64,000 bases of DNA from Alphaproteobacteria bacterium. GTDB lineage: Bacteria; Pseudomonadota; Alphaproteobacteria; UBA828. Made by a program: the position numbers and the translations under genes. The DNA lies in contig CAXXMU010000001.1 of the NCBI GenBank assembly GCA_963667785.2, positions 480,001 to 544,000 on the forward strand. Direction: 5' to 3'. Shown here piece after piece: positions 52,667 to 64,000 of this stretch. A model generated the notes under the pieces. It saw only the letters and a list, made by a program, of their open reading frames with translations, had not been told where the DNA came from and ran no database searches. The stretch's first letter is position 1. The number at the start of each line of letters is the position of its first letter.

Positions 52667-55600
52667 CTATTCGTCGAGCGAGCGCAGCAGGTCGTCCACG
52701 AAGCCCTGAAAGTCCTCGTCCGGGTCAGGCTCGGACTCGTTTGCGTCCGGCTGGGGCGCGGGCTCCGTCGAGGGATCGTCCACAGCGCCCTGACGATCCG
52801 CGTCCTGGCTGGGCTCGGTCTCTCCCAGCAGATCGTCGACCAGGTCTTGCAGAGTCTCGCCTCGGTGGCGCTCGGGCGTGAGCGGGGAGTCGGGCGCAGA
52901 GTCGTCGGACATGGGCGTCGGCGCCACCTCGACGGAGGGAGACAATGGCGCCGGCTCGTCGGGCACCGGCGCCATCTCGATGGACGGAGGCTCGGGCGCC
53001 GGCTCGTCCGGCACCGGCACCGCCTCGATGGACGCAGGCTCGGGCGCCACCTCGTCGAGCACCGGCACCATCTCGACGGATGGAGGCTCGGACGCGGGCT
53101 CGTCCGGCGTAGGCGTCACCTCGATGGACGGAAGCTCAGGCGTCGGCTCGTCGGGCACCGGCGCCGCCGTGGGCTTCTCCTCGTCGTCGGCCTCCAGCGG
53201 CTCCTCGGCCGGCCTCGTGTCTTCCGCCTCCTCGGGATCGCCGAAGACGTCGCGGAGCAGCGTGTCCATCTCGGTGCCCGGCTCCGCCTTCGCGCCCTTG
53301 CGGATGGTGATGGTGGGGAACTCCGGCGTGCGGGCGAGCGAGAGGAGTCCGAGCCGGACCAGATGAGCCTGCATCTCCTCGATCCGATAGTGCCGCTCGG
53401 GCCGGTCGATCGGCCCTTCGAGCCGCACGCCGACGGGCGGGGCGTCGGGGTGCTCCGACAGGCGGAACGACGCGCTGAGGTCGAGCTGCCACGCGGGCAG
53501 GTCGGCGCTGCCCTCGATGTCGCCGACGCCGGCGTCGGTGACGATCCTGAAGCCGTCGATGCGTGCGTGGCCGTCCTGGACCCGCACGGTGCCGTCGAGG
53601 GAGCGGATCGCCGTCTGCCCGCTGGAAAGGCTCCGCTCCGCGCCGGCGATGAAGCTCGGGATGTCGTCGAGCGTCTCGAGCTCGCCGAGCGCGTCGATCT
53701 GGCGGCTGAGCGCCGGCAGATCGACATCGTCCAGGGTGCCGTCGCGGGCGGTCAGCGCCACGCGGCCGGTGAGGCTCTCGACCATCTCGTGCGCCGTCCG
53801 GCCGCTCAGGGTGAAGTATCCGTCGGCCGTGGCGCTGCCGGAGACCGCATCGACTCCGGCGGCCTCGCGGAGGATGGCGCCCATGTCCGCGTCCGCGAGC
53901 CGGAACGCCGCCTGCCCGGCCGGCGCCGGCCCGCCGCCGAGGCTGCCGTCCGCCTCCAGCGCGCCGTCGAAGAGCCGCCCGCCGAGCGCGCGCAGCGTCA
54001 GCGTCCCGTCGGCTGCGACGAGGTCCGCCTCGGCCTGCTCGATGCGATAGGCGCCGAGGATCAGGGCGTCCGCCCCGAGCGCGAGCGTGCCGTCGAGGCG
54101 GTCGAGGACCCCGAGGTCGAGGGGCGTGGTGGACCAGCGCGCGGGCGGCGCCGTCGTTTCCTCCAGAAGTGCCTCCACCAGCTCGGCTTCCGCAGCCGGG
54201 ATGCCGCTCTCACCGTCGCCTGCCGCCGCGAGGCCGCCGCCAAGCCAGGCGAGGTCGAGGGTATCGGCGCGGAGGTCGGCGCTGAAGCCGGGCGGCGCCC
54301 GGTCCAGGCGAAGGAAGACCCCGCCGCTCACCCGGCTCGGGCCGATGGCGGCGTCGATGCCGGCGATGTCGGCGGCCGTCCCGTCTCCCGCGACGCTGCC
54401 GACGACGTGCAGCGGGCCGAGGGCGGCGTCCGCCGGCGCGGCGCCGGCGACCGTCTCGAGCAAGTCCTCGGCGCGCGGGTGCGAGAGATCCACGACCACC
54501 CTGTAGCTCGGCGAGGCGAACGGGTCCGCGACCCGGCCCGAGACCCTGAGCGCCGCGCCGGCGACGTCCGCGCTGAGATCGAGCGCGACCGATTCGGGAT
54601 CGCCGCCGATCCCGCCGTCGAGCGCGAGCGCTCCCAGCCGTGCGACGACGGGCGGCGGCGTGAGGCCGATGGTGCGGGCCAGCGCGGCGGCATCGGAGGC
54701 GCGGAGGTTGAGGGCGAGCGCGGCGGCGGGCGTGCCGAACGGCGTCTCGACCGTGCCGGCCAGCGAGGCCTCGGCGCTGCCGGCGGAGAGGGCGAGGTCG
54801 AGCGTGAGCGCCTCCTCGCCGCCCGTCGCCGTGCCCTGCAGTGCGATCGCGCCGAACGGCTCGGTGCGGATGTCGGGATCGATCTCGAGCAGCGCGGCGA
54901 CGCCCGAGAGCGAATCGGCCGCGCCTTCCACCGCGACATCGACGGCCGGCACGGTCCAGACGGAACGCGCGATACCGGTCATGGAGACGTTGGCACCCAG
55001 AACGTCCGCCACCGACGCCCGGTGCAGGGTCAGGTCGCCGTCCGCCACGGTGCCGCCGAACTCGAGCCCGGTCAGGCGCACGCCGCCGTAGATCAGGCTG
55101 TCCATCCTGAGCGCCACGTCGGCATCCATGCCGGCGAGCGCCGCGCGCACGCCGTCGCCCGGGCGCGCCTCTGCGGCCTGGGACGCATCAGGTGTGCCGC
55201 CCGCCCCGCGTTCGGCCAGCAGGTAGGCGTCGACGTTGACCGCATCCGCCGCGAGCCGGGCGGCGAGCCGCGGACGCTCGCCGGTCTCGACGAACGCGTC
55301 GCCGGCGATGCGGGTGGTATCGACGCGCACGTCGAGGTTGGAGGTCGCAAGCCGCGTGCCCTGAGCGGAGAAGTCGAGGCTCGCGTCGAGGCGGCGGAGC
55401 CTGTCCGCCGGAACGGCACCGGTATCCAGGGCGAGCCAGGAGAGGACCGCGCGCAGGTCGTCGGCGGCGATCTCGGCCGTGCCTTCGAGCCAGGGGCCGT
55501 CGCCGGCGGCGGGCAGCCGGGCGGCGAGATCGACCTTGGCGCCGCCCGGCAGTAGCGCCGAGGCGTGCTGGATCGCGACCGCGCCGTCGTCCACGGCGAG

Positions 55601-56803
55601 CTGCGCCTTGGCCTGGCGGATGACGCCGCGGCGCCAGGTCAGCGTGTCGATCGAGAGGTCCAAATCCGCTCCGATGTCCTTGGGAATCATCTGCCGCATG
55701 TGCGCGGGTACTGTCCCGAGAAAATCCAGGGCCGGCGTGGCGGCCGCCTGTTCCGCGTCGCCTGCCGCCGGCACCGCGCCCGCGCCGCCGTCTGCCGGCA
55801 GGTACTGGTCGAGGTCGATCCGGTTCAGCGTGATCTTCGCATCGAGCAGCGGCACGTCGCCGTCCCGCCAGGAGAGCGTGCCGCCGGCCTGGCTCTCCCC
55901 CAGCCGGAGCTGGATGTCGCGGACGGCGACTTCGTGCGCGTCGGCGCTCAGCGCCCCCTTGGCCGAGAAGGCGTTGGCGAGCGGCGCCGCGGGCACCGCC
56001 GAGAGCTTCAGGTCGAGCGCCGCCAGCATGGCGCCGAGGTCGGGCCCCTGGGCCCGCATGGTGCCCGCGAAGGACGGCGTGCCGTCGATGCCGCTGACGG
56101 TGCCCTCGAGCAGCGCGTTGCCGCTGTCGCCGCCGACGCTCGTATCGAGCGACAGCGGGAGCGTGCGGTCGTCGCCGATGGTGCCCGTCGCGAGCTGGAA
56201 GGCGACCGCCCTGCCGCGCACGGCGAAGCTGCCGTCCGCGCGGAAGGGTCCGTCGAGCGAGCGTGCGGTCAGCTCGGCATCGATCCGCTCGATCCGCTCC
56301 GGCGGCCGTCCGTCGCCGCGGCGATAGACGATCACGCCGTTCCTGATGGTGGCGGAATCGATCCTGGCCGGCTCCAGAGCTGCGGCCTCCGGCGCGCCGC
56401 CCGCGGGCGCCGCCGCTGCCCGCTCCAGGAGCCAGTTGGGGCGGCCGTCGCCGAGGCGCTGCAGCTCGATCACCGGCTCGACCATCTCGAGGCTGGTGAC
56501 GGCGAGCTCGCCGCCGAGCAGCGGGCCCAGCGCCAGCGCCAGATCGAGCGACTTGATCCGCGCGAAGTCGGGAGCGGCCGCGCCGGGCGCGTTGGCGATG
56601 CGCAGGTCGGCGATCGTGATCTCGGGCGTGGGCAGGAGGGAGACCGCGACCGCGCCGTCGATCGCGAGCTCGCGCCCGGTGATGGCCTCGAGGCGCTCGG
56701 TGATCTCCGGCTTGAAGCGCTCCCAGTCGAGGTAGGGCGGCACCAGGAAGAGAGCCGCCACCACGAGAGCGAGGAGGACGAGGATGGCGTAGACGAACTT
56801 CAC
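52667..56803 (-). CDS. AsmA-family protein with acidic Pro-rich repetitive C-terminus
   Basis: N-terminal TM, DWERFKPEI...TGREL.IDG...LLPTP, long beta-rich body. Confidence 0.85.
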   Translation of the reverse strand: MKFVYAILVLLALVVAALFLVPPYLDWERFKPEITERLEAITGRELAIDGAVAVSLLPTPEITIADLRIANAPGAAAPDFARIKSLDLALALGPLLGGELAVTSLEMVEPVIELQRLGDGRPNWLLERAAAAPAGGAPEAAALEPARIDSATIRNGVIVYRRGDGRPPERIERIDAELTARSLDGPFRADGSFAVRGRAVAFQLATGTIGDDRTLPLSLDTSVGGDSGNALLEGTVSGIDGTPSFAGTMRAQGPDLGAMLAALDLKLSAVPAAPLANAFSAKGALSADAHEVAVRDIQLRLGESQAGGTLSWRDGDVPLLDAKITLNRIDLDQYLPADGGAGAVPAAGDAEQAAATPALDFLGTVPAHMRQMIPKDIGADLDLSIDTLTWRRGVIRQAKAQLAVDDGAVAIQHASALLPGGAKVDLAARLPAAGDGPWLEGTAEIAADDLRAVLSWLALDTGAVPADRLRRLDASLDFSAQGTRLATSNLDVRVDTTRIAGDAFVETGERPRLAARLAADAVNVDAYLLAERGAGGTPDASQAAEARPGDGVRAALAGMDADVALRMDSLIYGGVRLTGLEFGGTVADGDLTLHRASVADVLGANVSMTGIARSVWTVPAVDVAVEGAADSLSGVAALLEIDPDIRTEPFGAIALQGTATGGEEALTLDLALSAGSAEASLAGTVETPFGTPAAALALNLRASDAAALARTIGLTPPPVVARLGALALDGGIGGDPESVALDLSADVAGAALRVSGRVADPFASPSYRVVVDLSHPRAEDLLETVAGAAPADAALGPLHVVGSVAGDGTAADIAGIDAAIGPSRVSGGVFLRLDRAPPGFSADLRADTLDLAWLGGGLAAAGDGESGIPAAEAELVEALLEETTAPPARWSTTPLDLGVLDRLDGTLALGADALILGAYRIEQAEADLVAADGTLTLRALGGRLFDGALEADGSLGGGPAPAGQAAFRLADADMGAILREAAGVDAVSGSATADGYFTLSGRTAHEMVESLTGRVALTARDGTLDDVDLPALSRQIDALGELETLDDIPSFIAGAERSLSSGQTAIRSLDGTVRVQDGHARIDGFRIVTDAGVGDIEGSADLPAWQLDLSASFRLSEHPDAPPVGVRLEGPIDRPERHYRIEEMQAHLVRLGLLSLARTPEFPTITIRKGAKAEPGTEMDTLLRDVFGDPEEAEDTRPAEEPLEADDEEKPTAAPVPDEPTPELPSIEVTPTPDEPASEPPSVEMVPVLDEVAPEPASIEAVPVPDEPAPEPPSIEMAPVPDEPAPLSPSVEVAPTPMSDDSAPDSPLTPERHRGETLQDLVDDLLGETEPSQDADRQGAVDDPSTEPAPQPDANESEPDPDEDFQGFVDDLLRSLDE
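52922..53161 (-). repeat. 5 x 48-bp intragenic tandem repeat (consensus PVPDEPAPEPPSIEVA)
   Basis: Five consecutive 16-aa units read in the translation and in the DNA. Confidence 0.9.
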
Positions 56804-57000
56804 CGCTGGTCATACCCCGGCGCGGGGCGTCCGGTCCGTCTGCGTGCGTGGCGGAGGCCCGCTCGACTCCGGTTAACAGCCCGATTCATTTCGTCTAGGC
56901 TTGCCTGTCGATCGGCCCTGTCGATCGGCCGGGTCGTATCGGATGGGAGGCCCCGCGTTTCTTAGACCACGTTTGTCGTTGCACCGAAAGGCCTTTGGTC

Positions 57001-57225
57001 ATGGGCGATGTCGTCAACCTCAATCAGTTCCGCAAGAAGCGCGATCGTGCGGCGAAAATGAGGCAGAGCGCGGCCCAGCGTGCACGATCGGGGCGCTCCA
57101 AGGCCGAGCGGCAGACGACGCAGAGCGAGGCGGCGCGCACGACGGCCGCTCTGGAGGGCAAGCGCATGGAGCGCGCGCCCGACGAGCCCGAGGGCGGTGG
57201 CGGACGAAGCCCCGGGGGCGGCTGA
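57001..57225 (+). CDS. DUF4169 family small protein
   Basis: MGDVVNLNQFRKKR...GRSKAER...LEGKR. Confidence 0.8.
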   Translation: MGDVVNLNQFRKKRDRAAKMRQSAAQRARSGRSKAERQTTQSEAARTTAALEGKRMERAPDEPEGGGGRSPGGG

Positions 57226-57263
57226 GCGGCGCGTCGGGGACCATTCAGGCAGTGTCGGTGAGG

Positions 57264-57770
57264 ATGAGACGAGGGATCGCCGTGGCGGCGGGGCTGCTCG
57301 GAATGGCGCTTGCGCTCGCAGCGCCGGCGGCCGAGGCCGCGTGCACCGACACGCCGCAGCCGGGCGTCGACTGGCGGCGGTGCCTCCTGGACAACAGGAA
57401 CTTCGTCGAGGTCGATCTCGCCGGCGCGATGCTGCGTGACGGGTTCTTCGCGCGCTCGGACCTCACGCGGGCCGACTTCAGCGGGGCCGACGCGCGGCGC
57501 GCCAAGTTTACCGATGCCGTGCTGGTGGAGACGCGCTGGAACGGCGCCCGCCTGATCGGCACCGACTTCACCAAGTCCGATATGGCCGGCGCCGTGTTCG
57601 AGGGCGCCGATCTCAGGCGCGCGCGCTTCTTCCGCGCGGACCTGCGCAGGGCAGACTTTACCGGCGCCCGGCTCGACGGCACCGATTTCCTCAAGGCGGA
57701 CCTCAGCGGCGCGATCTGGGTCGACGGCAACAAGGTGTGCGCGGAAGGTTCCAGCGGCCAATGCAACTGA
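57264..57770 (+). CDS. secreted pentapeptide repeat protein
   Basis: Signal peptide, CTDTPQPGVDWRRC, A(D/N)LxxA repeats, WVDG.VCAEGS.GQC. Confidence 0.88.
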   Translation: MRRGIAVAAGLLGMALALAAPAAEAACTDTPQPGVDWRRCLLDNRNFVEVDLAGAMLRDGFFARSDLTRADFSGADARRAKFTDAVLVETRWNGARLIGTDFTKSDMAGAVFEGADLRRARFFRADLRRADFTGARLDGTDFLKADLSGAIWVDGNKVCAEGSSGQCN

Positions 57771-57787
57771 GCGAAGGCGCCCGGAGC

Positions 57788-58492
57788 GTGCCCGCGGGCG
57801 CCGACCTGGCCCATATCGAGACCTGGATATTCGATCTCGACAACACCCTCTACCCGTCGAGCTCGCACCTCTTCGACCAGGTGAGCCAGCGCATCGGCGC
57901 GTTCATTGCGACGGCGCTCGACCTCGAGCCGGCGGAAGCCAGGCGGCTGCAGAAGAGCTACTTCCGCGAATACGGCACCACGCTGCGCGGCCTCATGCTC
58001 AAGCACGGCATGGACCCCGCCCCCTTTCTCGAATACGTGCACGACATCGATCTCTCGCCGATCGCGCCGAGCGATGCCCTCGAGGCGGCGCTGGGCCGGC
58101 TGCCGGGCCGCAAGCTGGTCTTCACCAATGCCGACGCTCCCTACGCGGAGCGGGTCATGGCGCGGCTCGGCATCGGCCACCACTTCAGCGGCATCTACGA
58201 CATCAAGGCGGCCGACTGGGTGCCCAAGCCCTTCCCCGAGGCCTACGAGCGGCTGAAGTCGCTGCACGCGGTCGAGCCCGAGCGCGCCATCCTGTTCGAA
58301 GACATCCTGCGCAACCTGGCGCCGGCGGCGGCGCTCGGCATGGCGACCGTGTGGGTGCGCAGCGACAGCGACTGGGCGGCGTCCGGTGCCGACGGGATCA
58401 CGCCGGACTACGTGACGGACGACCTTGCCGCCTGGCTCGGCGCGCTTCTTGCGTCGCAGGCGGCGGACGGCGGTAGCGGGCGCGCCGGATAG
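57788..58492 (+). CDS. pyrimidine 5'-nucleotidase (HAD)
   Basis: [33 protein letters not shown]. Confidence 0.9.
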   Translation: MPAGADLAHIETWIFDLDNTLYPSSSHLFDQVSQRIGAFIATALDLEPAEARRLQKSYFREYGTTLRGLMLKHGMDPAPFLEYVHDIDLSPIAPSDALEAALGRLPGRKLVFTNADAPYAERVMARLGIGHHFSGIYDIKAADWVPKPFPEAYERLKSLHAVEPERAILFEDILRNLAPAAALGMATVWVRSDSDWAASGADGITPDYVTDDLAAWLGALLASQAADGGSGRAG

Positions 58493-58526
58493 GGCCGGGC
58501 AGGGCCGGAGAGCAGAGGAGGAGCGG

Positions 58527-59372
58527 GTGAGCACAGCAGACCTCGAGCGCGCGGTGGAGGCCGCCTGGGAGGCGCGCGACACGCTGTCGCCCGAGACCGG
58601 CGGTGCGGCCGCGGATGCGGTCGAGACCGCTCTCGCCCTGCTCGATTCCGGCGCGGCCCGCGTCGCGGAGAAGCGGGACGGCGCCTGGGTCGTCAACCAG
58701 TGGCTCAAGAAGGCGGTGCTGCTCTCCTTCCGCCTGCAGGACATGGAGACGATCCCCGGCGGGCCGGGCGCGGACACGCGCTGGTACGACAAGGTGCCGT
58801 CCAAGCTCGCCGGCTGGGACGAGGCGCGCTTCAGGGAGGCTGGATTCCGCGCCGTGCCGGGCGCGATCGTGCGCCGCTCTGCCTACGTCGCCCCCGGTGT
58901 CGTGCTGATGCCGTCCTTCGTGAACATCGGCGCCTACGTCGACAGCGGCACGATGATCGACACCTGGGCCACGGTGGGAAGCTGCGCCCAGATCGGGAAG
59001 AACTGTCACATCTCCGGCGGCGCAGGCATCGGCGGCGTGCTGGAGCCGCTGCAGGCGAGCCCGGTGATCATCGAGGACGACTGCTTCGTCGGCGCGCGCA
59101 GCGAGGTGGCCGAGGGGGTCATCGTCGAGCAGGGCGCGGTGCTCTCGATGGGGGTCTATGTGGGTGCCTCCACCCGGGTGATCGACCGCGAGAGCGGAGA
59201 GGTCCATCGCGGGCGCATCCCTTCCTATTCGGTCGTGGTGCCGGGCTCGCTTCCCGGCCGGGCGCTCGCGGACGGCACGACGGGCCCGAGCCTCTACTGC
59301 GCGGTGATCGTCAAGCGGGTGGACGCCGGCACGCGGGCCAAGACCTCGATCAACGAGCTGCTGCGTAGCTGA
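58527..59372 (+). CDS. dapD: 2,3,4,5-tetrahydropyridine-2,6-dicarboxylate N-succinyltransferase
   Basis: [51 protein letters not shown]. Confidence 0.97.
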   Translation: MSTADLERAVEAAWEARDTLSPETGGAAADAVETALALLDSGAARVAEKRDGAWVVNQWLKKAVLLSFRLQDMETIPGGPGADTRWYDKVPSKLAGWDEARFREAGFRAVPGAIVRRSAYVAPGVVLMPSFVNIGAYVDSGTMIDTWATVGSCAQIGKNCHISGGAGIGGVLEPLQASPVIIEDDCFVGARSEVAEGVIVEQGAVLSMGVYVGASTRVIDRESGEVHRGRIPSYSVVVPGSLPGRALADGTTGPSLYCAVIVKRVDAGTRAKTSINELLRS

Positions 59373-59390
59373 GCCTCCGGTGGGCGTCCC

Positions 59391-60566
59391 GTGACGGCCG
59401 AGGACCTCGCCAGCAGAGAGACCCTCTCCCACCCGCTGGCGCTCGCCCGCGCGCTGATCCGCTGCGAGAGCGTCACGCCGGCCGACGGCGGCGCGCTGGA
59501 CGTGCTGGAAGCCGCGCTCGCGGCCCTCGGCTTCACCTGCCATCGCCTGCCCTTCGAGGAGCCGGGCACCGCGCCCGTCGACAATCTCTACGCCCGGCGG
59601 GGGGCGGCGGCGCCCAACTTCTGCTTCGCCGGCCATACGGACGTGGTGCCGGTGGGCGAGCCCGCCGGCTGGAGCCGCGATCCCTTTGCAGCAACGGTCG
59701 AGGACGGCGTCCTCTACGGGCGCGGCGCGGCCGACATGAAGGGCGCGATCGCCGCCTTCGTCGCGGCGGCTGCGCGCTTCGGCGGGGCGCGCGAACACGC
59801 GGGCTCCGTCAGCCTGCTGATCACCGGCGACGAGGAAGGGCCTGCGATCAACGGCACCCGCAAGGTGCTGGCCTGGCTGGCAGAGAGGGGCGAGGCGCTC
59901 GACGCCTGCCTGGTGGGCGAGCCGACCAATCCGGAAGAGCTGGGCGAGATGGTGAAGATCGGCCGGCGCGGCAGCCTCAACGGCGCGCTCCGGGTGGCGG
60001 GCCGCCAGGGGCATGTCGCCTACCCGGCGCTGGCGGACAACCCGCTGCCCCGCCTCGTCGCCCTGCTCGATGCCCTGCTCGCGCTCGCGCTCGACGAGGG
60101 AACCGATCACTTCCAGCCGAGCCGGCTCGAGCTCACCTCCATCGACGTCGGCAACCGGGCGCCGAACGTGATCCCGGGTGCGGCAAGCGCGCGCTTCAAC
60201 GTCCGCTTCAACGACCGCCACACCGGCGCCGGCCTGGAGCGCACCATCCGCGCCTGCCTCGATGCGGCGGGCGGGCCTTACGAGCTCGCGGTCGAGGTCT
60301 CGGGCGAGGCGTTCGTGACCCCGCCGGGCCGGCTCAGCACGATCATCGCGGAGGCCGTCGCCGCGGTGACAGGGCGTGAGCCCGCGCTCAGCACCACCGG
60401 CGGCACCTCGGACGCGCGCTTCATCAAGGACCACTGCCCGGTCGCCGAGTTCGGCCTGATCGGCCGCACCATGCACCGGGCGGACGAATGCGTGCCGGTG
60501 GACGCGGTCGAGCGGCTGGCGGATATCTATCTCGGCGTCCTGCAGCGCTACTTCGCGGAGCCCTGA
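59391..60566 (+). CDS. dapE: succinyl-diaminopimelate desuccinylase
   Basis: [44 protein letters not shown]. Confidence 0.96.
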   Translation: MTAEDLASRETLSHPLALARALIRCESVTPADGGALDVLEAALAALGFTCHRLPFEEPGTAPVDNLYARRGAAAPNFCFAGHTDVVPVGEPAGWSRDPFAATVEDGVLYGRGAADMKGAIAAFVAAAARFGGAREHAGSVSLLITGDEEGPAINGTRKVLAWLAERGEALDACLVGEPTNPEELGEMVKIGRRGSLNGALRVAGRQGHVAYPALADNPLPRLVALLDALLALALDEGTDHFQPSRLELTSIDVGNRAPNVIPGAASARFNVRFNDRHTGAGLERTIRACLDAAGGPYELAVEVSGEAFVTPPGRLSTIIAEAVAAVTGREPALSTTGGTSDARFIKDHCPVAEFGLIGRTMHRADECVPVDAVERLADIYLGVLQRYFAEP

Positions 60567-60575
60567 GCCGCCGGA

Positions 60576-60620
60576 TTGACATTTTCCAGGGTATGGCCAT
60601 ACTAGGGAGTATGGCCATAC
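60576..60620 (+). promoter_or_regulatory. TA promoter with twin 12-bp palindromic operator GTATGGCCATAC
   Basis: TTGACA 60576-60581, CATACT 60598-60603; identical palindromes at 60591-60602 and 60609-60620. Confidence 0.75.
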
Positions 60621-60904
60621 CAAAGATCAAGTCGACCTATTCCCTGGACGTGGAGACGGTGCGCACGCTGGAAAGCCTCGCGCGCCGCTGGAACGTGTCC
60701 AAGTCCGAGGTGCTGCGCCGCGCCATCCGCTCGGTTGCGGAGGAGCGAAGCCCGGGCGCGAGCAAGAGGCTCGAGGCCCTGAGACAATTGCAGGCCTCGG
60801 TCAAGCGGCGAGGCGTCGATCTCGCGGCCTGGGAGCGGGAGGTTCGGGCCACACGCGACGCAGCCTGGCGTAACCGGTTGTCCGTACTCGATGATCCATC
60901 TTGA
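60611..60904 (+). CDS. ribbon-helix-helix (CopG-like) antitoxin
   Basis: KSTYSLD...LESLARRWNVSKSEVLRRAI; overlaps the vapC start. Confidence 0.85.
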   Translation: MAIPKIKSTYSLDVETVRTLESLARRWNVSKSEVLRRAIRSVAEERSPGASKRLEALRQLQASVKRRGVDLAAWEREVRATRDAAWRNRLSVLDDPS

Positions 60905-61268
60905 TACGAGCTTTCTTATTCGGGCGATCCAATCCGGGTCGTCCGAGGATCGCGCGCTTACAGGATGGGACGCGGCCGGCGAGAACTTCGCGATGAGCGC
61001 GGTCGCCTGGATGGAGTTCCTCTCGGGACCCCTTGAGTCGTCCGAGCTGGAAATCGCAACCGGCATCGTTGACCATCACGTCGAATTCTCAGGTATTCAC
61101 GCGGAAATTGCAGCGCGTCTGTTCAATCGCTCGGGCCGGCGGCGCAGGCTGTTCGCAGACTGCATGATCGCGGCGACGGCGATTGCCGAGAACGCGCCCA
61201 TTGCAACCACCAATGAGCGGGACTTTCGCCGGTTCGAGAGCGAGGGTCTGACGTTCGCGCTCGCGTAG
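60891..61268 (+). CDS. vapC: VapC PIN-domain toxin
   Basis: HLDTSFLI, EFLSG, DCMIAATA, TTNERDF. Confidence 0.88.
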   Translation: MIHLDTSFLIRAIQSGSSEDRALTGWDAAGENFAMSAVAWMEFLSGPLESSELEIATGIVDHHVEFSGIHAEIAARLFNRSGRRRRLFADCMIAATAIAENAPIATTNERDFRRFESEGLTFALA

Positions 61269-61286
61269 AGCGAGGCGGCCGTCCGC

Positions 61287-62909
<1,623 letters not shown>

Positions 62910-62919
62910 GCGGCCCCGC

Positions 62920-63948
62920 TCACCGGCCGACCAGCTTGCGCGGGTCGAAGGCGTCGCGCACCGCCTCGCCGATGAAGATGAGCAGGCTGAGCATCAGCGC
63001 CAGCACCACGAAGCTCACGATGCCGAGCCAGGGCGCCTGCAGGTTCGCCTTGCCCTGGCGCAGCAGCTCGCCGAGCGAGGGCTCGCCCGGCGGCAGGCCG
63101 AAGCCGAGGAAGTCGAGCGAGGTCAGCGACGTGATCGAGCCCACCAGGATGAAGGGCAGGAAGGTGACGGCCGAGACCATCGCGTTGGGCAGCCCGTGGC
63201 GGAAGATGATCGCGATGTTGCCGACGCCGAGCGCACGCGCCGCGCGGATATAATCGAAATTGCGGACCCGCAGGAACTCGGCGCGCACCACGCCCACCAG
63301 CGCCATCCAGCTGAACAGCAGCAGGATCACCAGCAGGACCCAGAAATTGGGCTCGATGATGCTCGACAGGATGATCAGGATGAAGAGCTGCGGCAGCCCC
63401 GACCAGACCTCGATGAAGCGCTGGAAGGCGAGGTCTATCCAGCCGCCGAAGAAGCCCTGCACCGCGGCTGCAGCGATGCCGATGACGGAGGCGGCCACGG
63501 TGAGCACCAGGCCGAACAGCACCGAGAGGCGGAAGCCGTAGATCACCCGCGCCAGCACGTCGCGGCCCTGGTCGTCGGTGCCGAGCCAGTTGTCGGCCGA
63601 TGGCGGCGCCGGCGCCGGCACCGGCAGGTCGTAGTTGATGGTCCGGTAGCTGTAGGGGACGAGCGGCCAGACCATCCATCCCTTTTCCTCGATCAGGTCT
63701 GCGACGAAGGGGTCGCGATAGTCCGCCTCGGTCTCGAAGTCGCCGCCGAACTCGGTCTCCGCGTACTCGAAGAGGATCGGGAAGTAGAGATCGCCGTCGA
63801 AGCGCATGACGATGGGCTTGTCGTTGGCGATCAGCTCCGCGAACAGCGTGAACAGCAGCAGCGCCAGGAAGAGCCAGAACGAGATGTAGCCGCGCCGGTT
63901 GGCGCGGAAGTTGTAGAAGCGGCGCCTCGTGATGGGGGAGAGCGCCAT
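62920..63948 (-). CDS. yejE: peptide ABC permease
   Basis: FRANRRGY.S, ELIANDKP, LGTDDQGRDVLAR, SLGELL.QGK.NL.APW. Confidence 0.92.
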   Translation of the reverse strand: MALSPITRRRFYNFRANRRGYISFWLFLALLLFTLFAELIANDKPIVMRFDGDLYFPILFEYAETEFGGDFETEADYRDPFVADLIEEKGWMVWPLVPYSYRTINYDLPVPAPAPPSADNWLGTDDQGRDVLARVIYGFRLSVLFGLVLTVAASVIGIAAAAVQGFFGGWIDLAFQRFIEVWSGLPQLFILIILSSIIEPNFWVLLVILLLFSWMALVGVVRAEFLRVRNFDYIRAARALGVGNIAIIFRHGLPNAMVSAVTFLPFILVGSITSLTSLDFLGFGLPPGEPSLGELLRQGKANLQAPWLGIVSFVVLALMLSLLIFIGEAVRDAFDPRKLVGR

Positions 63949-63951
63949 CGC

Positions 63952-64000
63952 TCAGACCTCGCGCGTCTCGAAGTCGATGCGCGGGTCGATGATGACGTAC
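63952..64000 (-). CDS. yejB: peptide ABC permease, C-terminal fragment (gene runs off the window)
   Basis: YVIIDPRIDFETREV-stop just upstream of yejE. Confidence 0.8.
   Translation of the reverse strand, partial: YVIIDPRIDFETREV

Noticed and set aside
52922-53161. Regular 48-bp periodicity as a possible CRISPR array
   Set aside because: In-frame coding repeats with no unique spacers and no cas genes.

Overview
High-GC alphaproteobacterial chromosome segment; the lineage (probably Rhodospirillales-like) is inferred from the rRNA operon and the leuB-asd, dapD-dapE and yejBEF gene order. 1-5.7 kb holds a complete minus-strand rRNA operon (16S, tRNA-Ile, tRNA-Ala, 23S, 5S) directly downstream of leuB-asd. 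About 8-48 kb is an accessory catabolic region. It contains a frameshifted PhyH dioxygenase, a DddK/DddW-like cupin, a single and a triple-domain Rid protein, a CocE/NonD hydrolase, several (partly incomplete) ABC transporters and a split urea-carboxylase-like pair. It also carries a eukaryote-type ERG4/ERG24 sterol reductase, SDRs, an IlvD/Edd dehydratase and a divergent urease-like ureAB-ureC-ureD locus with an altered substrate pocket. A modular palindromic intergenic repeat occurs three times between convergent genes. 48-64 kb holds a two-component system with degP, an AsmA-like protein with a tandem repeat, dapD-dapE, two VapBC toxin-antitoxin modules and yejBEF. All family assignments come from motif recognition by eye, not database searches.
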